Below, piece after piece: positions 1 to 6,876 of a stretch of DNA of 18,467 nucleotides. This DNA comes from Candidatus Iainarchaeum sp. (GTDB lineage: Archaea > Iainarchaeota > Iainarchaeia > Iainarchaeales > CSSED10-239). The stretch lies in assembly GCA_937968065.1 (NCBI GenBank), contig CALBUD010000025.1, positions 1-18,467 of the forward strand, in the 5' to 3' direction. The notes under the pieces were generated by a model, which had not been told where the DNA came from, did not search any database, and saw only the letters and a program-made list of their open reading frames with translations. The position numbers and the translations under genes are program-made. The stretch's first letter is position 1, and every line of letters begins with the position of its first letter.

Positions 1-59
1 AACAAAAATATATAAACCCAACTAATTATATATGTATATAGATAAAGGAGTGTAATAAA

Positions 60-1124
60 ATGTTAATTGATTTTACACAAATATTAATAATTATTTTAAT
101 ATTTCTTATATTTGGAACATTGATTGCTATTGTTAACTTAAAAGGAAAAAATAAAAAACCAGTAAACAAAGAGCAAATAACTTGGGTAAATATAGAAAAG
201 TTAAATACTAGAAAAAAAGAACTTTTAGATCAAAAAAAAGAATTATCTTATAAATACACAGCTAAAAGTATAGATGATTATACATATTCTAAAACCTTAA
301 AATTTATAACTGAAGAAATAAATAAACTTGAAGATGAAATAAACAAAGAAGTTGAAACTCTTACAAAATTACAAAAAAATGAAAATGTTGAAGACGAATT
401 AAGATTTAAAAATTTAAAAATTAAAGGAGATGTAAATGAACTTGAAGTTGAAAATAACTCTCTTAAAGAAAAAATAAAAGAACTTGAAAATTTTATTAAA
501 AATATTACAAAAAACGAAAATAAAAAATTAACTGATGAAGATATTAATAAAATTAAATATTATTCTTTAATTGTTACAAGATATAAAGAAGTTATTAATG
601 AAAATGAAAGAAAAACAATATCTGAACTTAAAGAAATGATAAGACCTACAGATCTAACAATTAAAAGTATAGTATCTAAATTTACACCTATAAGATATGA
701 TTTTAATAAAGACTATATAACCTCTTTAAGAAAAATTTATAACTATCTTAGAACAGAAATCAATATTGTTACAAATGATTTAAAAGTTTTGTTTTGGATT
801 GATTTTTCAAAAGTATTAAAAGAAAAAATATCTGACGAACAAACAACTTCTATTATTTTATGTTCTTGCATGAGAGCACTTCAAGATAATTTTGCAAGTA
901 TTGAGGTGGTTTTACTTGAAGATGATAAAGTACATTCTTTTGTAACTACAAAAATAAAAGAAACTTATTATATATTTGATCTAACTCAAAACTTGCCTTT
1001 TGATACTTATAAAAGTACAGATGCTAAAAAATTATATTCAGAATATAGGTATAATGATAAAAAAATTATTAAAAAGATTTATAGTTACAATAATTTAGAT
1101 TATACTGATTATAATCAAGAATAA
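60..1124 (+). CDS. Membrane-anchored coiled-coil protein with a C-terminal transglutaminase-like/papain-like (Cys-His-Asp pattern) globular region; function unknown
   Basis: 354-aa ORF. An SD-like AAGGAGTG sits at 46-53, 6 nt before the ATG. N-terminal hydrophobic helix (ILIIILIFLIFGTLIAIV). The central ~170 aa are K/E/N-rich and heptad-like (coiled coil). The C-terminal region carries TSIILCSCMRAL (Cys codons 861-863 and 867-869), KVHSFV (His 933-935) and YIFDLT (Asp 978-980). The order and spacing resemble transglutaminase-like cores. Confidence 0.7.
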   Translation: MLIDFTQILIIILIFLIFGTLIAIVNLKGKNKKPVNKEQITWVNIEKLNTRKKELLDQKKELSYKYTAKSIDDYTYSKTLKFITEEINKLEDEINKEVETLTKLQKNENVEDELRFKNLKIKGDVNELEVENNSLKEKIKELENFIKNITKNENKKLTDEDINKIKYYSLIVTRYKEVINENERKTISELKEMIRPTDLTIKSIVSKFTPIRYDFNKDYITSLRKIYNYLRTEINIVTNDLKVLFWIDFSKVLKEKISDEQTTSIILCSCMRALQDNFASIEVVLLEDDKVHSFVTTKIKETYYIFDLTQNLPFDTYKSTDAKKLYSEYRYNDKKIIKKIYSYNNLDYTDYNQE

Positions 1125-1160
1125 AATTATTTTTAATAAATTATAATAAGGAAAAATATT

Positions 1161-2207
1161 ATGGATAATTATCAAGCAACCAGTACTGTTTTTTTTTATA
1201 TTGTAAAACAATTAAGAGAAAAGTTACTAGATGGCTACTTAAATAACGTTCAAACTATTGATAAAAATGTATGGAAATTAAAGATACATAAGAAAAAAAC
1301 AAAAGAACTTATTGTTACACCTGAGATTTGTTTTATTTCAGAAAAATTATTTCCAGTTACTGATATTCTTGGTTTTGAAAAATATCTTAAAAAGAAAATG
1401 TATAATCAAAAAATAAAAGATATTTATCAAGATAAAAATAATAAAGTTATTTGCTTTGTTTTTGATAAATATAATTTAATATTTGAATTTTTCTCAAATT
1501 CAAATATAATTTTAACAGATTTAGATTTTATAATCATAACTTCAAAACAAAAAGAAGCTTGGAAAGATAGAAGTATTAAAAAAGGAGAGAAATATTTATT
1601 TCCTGGTGGAGAAGACATAAAACTTAAAACTGAAAAAGAAATAAATGAGGAACTAAAAGATTTAGATCAAAAAGAAATTATAAAAGTGCTTTCTAAAAAA
1701 TATAATGTAGCACCTATAGAAGTTAATGAGATTATTGATAATAAAAAGAACATAATTAAAGAAATTTTTAAAAAATATACTTTAGAAAAACCTAAATTAA
1801 AAATTATTGAAAAAGATAAAAAGAAAATAGGAATTGTTTCTAAAAACGGAGAGGATATATTTTCTTTTTTTGAAAATTATTTTTCTGAAAAATATGAAAA
1901 TAAAGAAGTTGTTATTGAAAAAAAGAAAAAAGATAAAAACCGAGAAATTTTAGAGATTCAAGAAAATAAAAAAATAGAAATTTTGGAAAAAATAAAATCA
2001 CTGGAACAAGAAGGAGAGTTTATTTATAACTATTTTACAATTATTGAAAATATAAATAAACAAATTAAAATTGCAATAGATAAAAAAATTAATGAAAAAG
2101 AAATTATTGAAAAAATAAATCAAATTATTAAAAAAGATAACTTAAAAATAAATAGTATTAATCAAAAAAATAAAGCTTATGAAATTGAAAAAATAGAAAA
2201 AAAATAA
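1161..2207 (+). CDS. NFACT-N domain protein (Rqc2/RqcH/FbpA N-terminal-like) plus coiled coil, lacking an NFACT-R region
   Basis: 348-aa ORF, 36 nt after the previous gene, with AAGGA upstream of the ATG. The N-terminal ~150 aa follow the NFACT-N pattern: QLREKLLDGYLNNVQTIDKNVWKLKIH, GFEKYLKKKMYNQKIKDIYQDKNNKVICFVF, NLIFEFFSNSNIILTD, RSIKKGEKYLFP. The remaining ~190 aa are K/E/I-rich coiled coil that runs to the stop. Confidence 0.7.
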   Translation: MDNYQATSTVFFYIVKQLREKLLDGYLNNVQTIDKNVWKLKIHKKKTKELIVTPEICFISEKLFPVTDILGFEKYLKKKMYNQKIKDIYQDKNNKVICFVFDKYNLIFEFFSNSNIILTDLDFIIITSKQKEAWKDRSIKKGEKYLFPGGEDIKLKTEKEINEELKDLDQKEIIKVLSKKYNVAPIEVNEIIDNKKNIIKEIFKKYTLEKPKLKIIEKDKKKIGIVSKNGEDIFSFFENYFSEKYENKEVVIEKKKKDKNREILEIQENKKIEILEKIKSLEQEGEFIYNYFTIIENINKQIKIAIDKKINEKEIIEKINQIIKKDNLKINSINQKNKAYEIEKIEKK

Positions 2208-2220
2208 ATATATTATATAT

Positions 2221-2481
2221 TTATTCTTTTTTAACTTGGTTTTCATCAACTATAAAAACATCACTTACAGCAAGAACACTTTTATAAGGAATTTCAAGCA
2301 TATTTCCTTGTAAACTTAATTTTTGAATAAATGCAGATGATGGATCAACTTCTACTAATATAGATTCTATTTCACCTGATTGTTCATTAACCATTAAATC
2401 TATTAAACGACCTATGTTGTCTCCTCTATTTGTAATTAATTTTTTAGTTGCAAGTTGTCTTGCTATTGCATATTTGTACAT
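2221..2481 (-). CDS. PRC-barrel domain protein (small, stand-alone)
   Basis: 86-aa ORF. A strong SD (GAGGAG, complement of 2488-2493) lies 6 nt before the ATG. The sequence KKLITNRGDNIGRLIDLMVNEQSGEIESILVEV ... IPYKSVLAVSDVFIV fits the PRC-barrel pattern (G..hG.h.Dh.h....G.I..hhV ... hP...h). Confidence 0.75.
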   Translation of the reverse strand: MYKYAIARQLATKKLITNRGDNIGRLIDLMVNEQSGEIESILVEVDPSSAFIQKLSLQGNMLEIPYKSVLAVSDVFIVDENQVKKE

Positions 2482-2704
2482 ATTTAACTCCTCACTTTAA
2501 TTTTAAATATAAAAATTATATTAATATGTTAGTAAATACATTTATAAAGTAATCGGTTTTAAAAACCTAAGTTATAGTAAAAATTGGTTGTTATTTTAAA
2601 CCTATAAACAATCTAAGAAAGTAAATTAAAAATGCTTAAAACAAATATATATAAAGTTATTTGAAGCATATTATAACATATGGTAAAAAAGAGATGAATA
2701 ATAA

Positions 2705-2944
2705 ATGAAGGAAAATAAAAATGATTTAAAAACAAAAATAATCTTGTTAGTTGGATGCTTATTAATTGGATTTATTTTAGGAGGAATTGTTTTTTCAAAA
2801 AATAGTTTAAATTTATCTTCTAAAGATAAATCAACAACAACAAATGAAATTACAATTTTAAATAAAGAGATAAACAATTGTATAAATCAACTAAATATTT
2901 GTGAAAATAGTTTAAAAAGTATTACCGAAAATAATTCAGATTAA
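2705..2944 (+). CDS. Small single-pass membrane protein, function unknown
   Basis: 79-aa ORF with a near-consensus SD (GAGATGA, 2689-2695). One clear TM helix (IILLVGCLLIGFILGGIVF) is followed by a polar, coiled-coil-like tail. The competing antisense ORF 2671-2877 looks like translation noise. The 3-prime end overlaps the convergent DUF373-like gene by 9 nt. Confidence 0.45.
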   Translation: MKENKNDLKTKIILLVGCLLIGFILGGIVFSKNSLNLSSKDKSTTTNEITILNKEINNCINQLNICENSLKSITENNSD

Positions 2945-4279
2945 TATTCTTCCATTATTTAAAAAAATATTTTTTTCAGAGATTGTTTTAATGGTTTCTG
3001 TGTTTTTTTCTTTATATCTTAATATTTTTCTTTTTTCATCTATACTTGTAACTTCTCCTAAAAATAAACCATATCTTGAATAGACTGGAAGGCCAATATA
3101 CAAAGAAGATATTCTAGAAGAAACATCGAAAATTATAGTAAATCTATTTATTAGTACTAAAAGAATTGAACCGAAGACAACAACTATTAAAAAATAAAAA
3201 GAACTTATATCTTGTAATATAAATTGAAGTGCAAAATCAAAGATAACTGCAAAAATCAAAATAAAAAATAATGCGAATAAATTTTTTCCTAAAAGATACA
3301 TTTTTTTAAAATAAATTAAATCTATTATAGACCCTATAACTAAAAGTATGAAAGAAATAACTAATAATAACAAAACAGCTCTTATTGAAGAAACAATTAT
3401 AAATATAAGATCAAAATATTGATTTTGATAGAAGAGATTTACTCCTTTAATAATTGCATATATTAAGAAAAATAAAAAAGCAAGATAAAAAGGGAGACTT
3501 ATCCTATAAATTGAAAATTTTTTAGAAACTGAATGTGCAAATCTAGTAAATTTTGAATCTAAATTAAATCCTTTTATTAAAAAATAAATTCCAAGTAAAA
3601 ATGCTATTATTTGTAAAGCATACTGTCTTAAAAAAACATACAATAATAATATTATAGCAGGAACTCCATATACAATTCTTGCAAAAAAAGGATCTTTTAA
3701 AGCTTTTTTAATTGTATAAAAAGTACTTTCAAGACCTTTTGATTGTCTTACGATAATAGTTTCTTTAGAAATAATTGGAATAAAATTTTGAACTAAAGGA
3801 ATTACTTGATCATCCTCAGCTCCATCGCTTACAAATATTGCAGCTGTTGCAGGATAAACACTTAAAACTTGTTTTAATTGTATAGCTATATTTTTATCTG
3901 CAAATAACAAATTTTCTTTAGAGTGTCCTGTTAAAGTTACAATTTCAACATCACTGTCTTTTTCTAATTTTTTATAAATTTTTAAAGCTCCAAAAATGGA
4001 GTTGGCATCAGAATCTTCTGGATCTTCCATTGCAAAATTAGTTGCAACTCTTAAATTATTTTTATAACCTATGATAGGTCCAGAAACATTTATTTTTTGA
4101 CCAATATCATTATCTCTATCTACAGTTATGATTATAATTTTTTCGTGATCTAAAATATCTTCACTAATAGTCTCCAAATTTTTAGGTTCTTTTAAATAAT
4201 TTAGATTTTTATTATTATTTTCTAAATTTTTATTTATTTTTTTCTTTTTTGGAGATATCTTTCTTTTTTTTGCAGGCAT
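2936..4279 (-). CDS. Archaeal DUF373-like polytopic membrane protein (acidic N-terminal cytosolic domain, ~6-7 TM helices, short C-terminal beta-rich tail)
   Basis: 447-aa ORF. After a K-rich N-terminus comes a soluble alpha/beta region with acidic motifs: IIITVDRDNDIGQK, AMEDPEDSDANSIFGALKIYKKL, VEIVTLTGH, FVSDGAEDDQVIPLV. I recall this arrangement from the archaeal DUF373 family. Multiple long hydrophobic helices follow. The last ~50 aa (LPVYSRYGLFLGEVTSIDEKRKILRYKEK) are weakly PRC-barrel-like. Confidence 0.7.
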   Translation of the reverse strand: MPAKKRKISPKKKKINKNLENNNKNLNYLKEPKNLETISEDILDHEKIIIITVDRDNDIGQKINVSGPIIGYKNNLRVATNFAMEDPEDSDANSIFGALKIYKKLEKDSDVEIVTLTGHSKENLLFADKNIAIQLKQVLSVYPATAAIFVSDGAEDDQVIPLVQNFIPIISKETIIVRQSKGLESTFYTIKKALKDPFFARIVYGVPAIILLLYVFLRQYALQIIAFLLGIYFLIKGFNLDSKFTRFAHSVSKKFSIYRISLPFYLAFLFFLIYAIIKGVNLFYQNQYFDLIFIIVSSIRAVLLLLVISFILLVIGSIIDLIYFKKMYLLGKNLFALFFILIFAVIFDFALQFILQDISSFYFLIVVVFGSILLVLINRFTIIFDVSSRISSLYIGLPVYSRYGLFLGEVTSIDEKRKILRYKEKNTETIKTISEKNIFLNNGRILI

Positions 4280-4375
4280 ATGTAATTACTCAAAAATATA
4301 TAATATAGAAAAATATATAAAACAATTGTAATCTTAATTATTTATTAAAATTAAAAAATTACAAAAAAAGATTAT

Positions 4376-5359
4376 ATGGACGCTACAAAATTTAAAAACT
4401 TTATATTTACTTTGCTTATATTTGGAGTCATCATATTTATATTTTTAATAATTTATGTTGGCAAAAAATTACAAACAAGTCTTTTATGGATTTTAGGAGT
4501 TTTTGTTTTCATATATCTTATTTTTAAATTAAAAATTATATTAACCTTAAAAGACTATGAAAGAGCAGTTATTTTTAGGTTTGGAAAAGTAAAAAGAGTT
4601 GGTGGGCCTGGTTGGACATTTGTTTGGCCATTGATTGAAAAACCAAATCTTGTAACTTTAAGAGTTGAAACTATAGATATACCTCCTCAAAATGTTTTAA
4701 CTAAAGATAATATTCAATTAAGAATAGATGGTGTTTTGTTTATTGCTGTAAATCCTGAAAAGCAAAGTGTAATTAATTCTGTTGTAAAAGTTGAAAATTA
4801 TAGAAAAGCATCAACAATGTATGTTATTGCTGTTTTAAGAGACATTGTTGGTGAGTTTGAGCTTACAGATGTTATAACGAATATTGAAGAGATAAACACA
4901 AGACTTAAAAAAGCATTAATTAAAGTTTCTGGTGAATGGGGTGTTGATGTAACTTCTGTTGAAATTACAGATATTAAGATACCTGAAGATATTTTACTTG
5001 CAATGCATGAACAAAAAGCAGCAGTTCAGAAAAAGCTTGCTATTTATGAACTTGCAGAATCTGAGAAAGCAAAGATATTAGCAGTAAGAGATGCTACTGC
5101 AAACTTAGATGAAAAAACCGTAGTTTATTACTATATAAAAGCACTTGAAAAAATGGCAGAAGGACAATCTTCAAAAATTATTTTTCCAATGGAACTTACA
5201 AATCTCTTAGAAAAAGTTTCAACAACTCTGATTAAGAAAAAAAATGTTCATGCTATTGAAGAAAAAGTAGATGAACATACTTTAAAAAATTATCTTCCAT
5301 TTATTAAAGCCTATCTTAAAGATGAAGAAAAAAATAAGAGATTAAAAAGAAGAAAATAA
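4376..5359 (+). CDS. SPFH/Band-7 (stomatin/prohibitin-like) membrane protein
   Basis: 327-aa ORF. It has two N-terminal TM helices followed by the hallmark SPFH core: DYERAVIFRFGKVKRVGGPGWTFVWPLIEKPNLVTLRVETIDIPPQNVLTKDNIQLRIDGVLFIAV ... WGVDVTSVEITDIKIPEDILLAMHEQKAAVQKK. The C-terminal tail is coiled-coil and K-rich. Confidence 0.9.
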   Translation: MDATKFKNFIFTLLIFGVIIFIFLIIYVGKKLQTSLLWILGVFVFIYLIFKLKIILTLKDYERAVIFRFGKVKRVGGPGWTFVWPLIEKPNLVTLRVETIDIPPQNVLTKDNIQLRIDGVLFIAVNPEKQSVINSVVKVENYRKASTMYVIAVLRDIVGEFELTDVITNIEEINTRLKKALIKVSGEWGVDVTSVEITDIKIPEDILLAMHEQKAAVQKKLAIYELAESEKAKILAVRDATANLDEKTVVYYYIKALEKMAEGQSSKIIFPMELTNLLEKVSTTLIKKKNVHAIEEKVDEHTLKNYLPFIKAYLKDEEKNKRLKRRK

Positions 5360-5360
5360 T

Positions 5361-5960
5361 TTAACTAAATTTTTCAAAAAATAACTTTGAAAACTTTTCA
5401 AGTCTTTCAAAGTTTATTTCTATTTTTTTATTTGCTCTATCAATTATAAATTTTAAATATTCATCTGAAACAAGAATGTTGTTATTTTCTTTTATTGGAA
5501 GAGCCATGTACTGAGTGCTTGTAACTTCTAAAATATATTTGCCATCTTTTGCAGTTATAATTCCTGCTTTTTTAAGACCAAACTCTTGACAGAAAGATAA
5601 GACTTCTCTTGCCTTTTCAAAATCTTTACATCCAAAATGAAAGATAAAAGGTTCCATCTTAAACCAAATATCTTTTTCTGAAGACTCTAAGATATCTTTT
5701 TTGATTTCTTCAAAAGTTACTTTTCTATGATATTTTTTATGAAAAGAAGATATTTTTTTATTTTCAGTTTCATCTGTTGACAAAAGCATTATTCTTCCTG
5801 CACAAGAAGAAGATGTAAAAATATCTGGTATCTTTACAACATCTAAAAGAAAAAGAGTTAAAATCTCATCTACTTTTTTATTATCAATTGCTTCATATAA
5901 TGTTTTTGTATGATGTTCTTTTAACATTTTAAATCTTTGAGTTACTTTGTTTTTATCCAT
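5361..5960 (-). CDS. taw3: tRNA wyosine-derivative biosynthesis methyltransferase Taw3/TYW3
   Basis: 199-aa ORF with an SD (AGGAG, complement of 5970-5974). The TYW3-family signature SSSCAGRI (around 5790-5813) is preceded by VDEILTLFLLDVVKIPDIFT. The second conserved block is MEPFIFHFGCKDFEKAREVLSF. Confidence 0.8.
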   Translation of the reverse strand: MDKNKVTQRFKMLKEHHTKTLYEAIDNKKVDEILTLFLLDVVKIPDIFTSSSCAGRIMLLSTDETENKKISSFHKKYHRKVTFEEIKKDILESSEKDIWFKMEPFIFHFGCKDFEKAREVLSFCQEFGLKKAGIITAKDGKYILEVTSTQYMALPIKENNNILVSDEYLKFIIDRANKKIEINFERLEKFSKLFFEKFS

Positions 5961-5991
5961 AACTTAAAACTCCTAAAAATAAATAACATTT

Positions 5992-6021
5992 TTATATATG
6001 TTCATATATATTATATATGTT
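5992..6021. promoter_or_regulatory. Pair of identical TATA-like elements (TTATATATGTT x2) in the divergent taw3 / surface-protein intergenic region
   Basis: Exact 11-nt direct repeat at 5992-6002 and 6011-6021 in a 93-nt divergent spacer. One copy lies ~32-42 nt from the taw3 ATG (5960). The other lies ~33-43 nt from the ATG at 6054. Confidence 0.3.
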
Positions 6022-6053
6022 AAATAAATAAAAATAGAACAGATGAAAAAAAT

Positions 6054-6857
6054 ATGAAATTAAAATTTATACTATTAGTTTTTATAGCAGTTCTTTTAAT
6101 AAATACAAATATTTATTCTTTAAAAATATTAGAACCATTAACAAAAGATTTAACTTATTCTAATACAGCTGATTTAGGTTATTTTTCTGCAGGAGAATTT
6201 TTTATGATAAGTTTTCTTCTAGAAGATGGAGATAATTACCATACCATCTCTGTTGATTCTAATCAGATAAAAGAGGTTATTGTAGAACCAACCAAGAAAA
6301 CACAAGAAAGTATATTTACAGTTATTCGTTTAGAGGATGAATTATCAGGAAATTATTCTTTAAAACTATTGTTAATATCTGATACTGAAACAAAAGAAGT
6401 TATTTTACAAATGAAAGTTACAGACGATGTTATTCATACAAACTTAATAAACTATAACCCTGTTATAAGATATGAACAAAAAGAAACTATTAATCTTAAA
6501 CTTATAAATAAATCAAACACCACAAAAACAGTTATTGTGACTTCTGATCTTCCAACAACTTGGTTTAATATTAAAAAAGAAAAATTAAATTCTGAAAAAA
6601 CAATTATCTTAACACCAAACAGTATAACTGAAACCACTTATGAATATTATCCAAAAGAGATTGGATCTAAAATAATTAATCTAAAAATATATACTTCTTT
6701 TGAAGAGGGTCTAGAAAAATATATTAGTTATAATTTAAATGTCGAAGTTGAAAAAGACTTAAAAGCAATTTATGGTTCAAGAGAACACACATATCCTTTA
6801 TTTAATGTTAATTTAATACCAATATATTTTTTAAATAAAATAATTAAAATTATATAA
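6054..6857 (+). CDS. Secreted/surface protein with a probable Ig-like (CARDB/NEW3-like) beta-sandwich domain; function unknown
   Basis: 267-aa ORF with an N-terminal signal-like segment (MKLKFILLVFIAVLLINTNIYS). The rest is beta-rich. The segment ETINLKLINKSNTTKTVIVTSDLPTTWFNI ... IILTPNSITETTYEYYPKEIGSKIINLKIYT resembles archaeal surface Ig-like domains. Confidence 0.65.
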   Translation: MKLKFILLVFIAVLLINTNIYSLKILEPLTKDLTYSNTADLGYFSAGEFFMISFLLEDGDNYHTISVDSNQIKEVIVEPTKKTQESIFTVIRLEDELSGNYSLKLLLISDTETKEVILQMKVTDDVIHTNLINYNPVIRYEQKETINLKLINKSNTTKTVIVTSDLPTTWFNIKKEKLNSEKTIILTPNSITETTYEYYPKEIGSKIINLKIYTSFEEGLEKYISYNLNVEVEKDLKAIYGSREHTYPLFNVNLIPIYFLNKIIKII

Positions 6858-6876
6858 AAACACCTAATTTTTAAAC

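Noticed and set aside
509-527. 19-nt exact match AAAAAACGAAAATAAAAAA shared with 10575-10593
   Set aside because: Both copies encode K-N-E-N-K-K within K/N/E-rich coiled-coil regions. This is low-complexity coincidence rather than a repeat element.
1427-1618. 63-aa antisense ORF inside the NFACT-N gene
   Set aside because: It is fully nested opposite a well-supported CDS, its sequence is low-complexity F/S/K-rich, and it has no RBS. This is typical AT-rich antisense noise.
2555-2567. Palindrome GGTTTTAAAAACC as a terminator hairpin
   Set aside because: The single-nucleotide centre cannot form a stable RNA hairpin, and it is not followed by a T-run in the relevant orientation. It is kept only as a possible DNA-level site within the intergenic finding.
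2671-2877. 68-aa ORF antisense to the 79-aa small membrane ORF
   Set aside because: It has no SD-like motif and no coherent TM or secondary-structure pattern. The + strand ORF has a GAGATGA SD and a clean TM helix. Neither ORF is certain.
6452-6637. 61-aa antisense ORF inside the 267-aa surface protein gene
   Set aside because: It is nested antisense to a longer ORF with a signal peptide and has no independent support.
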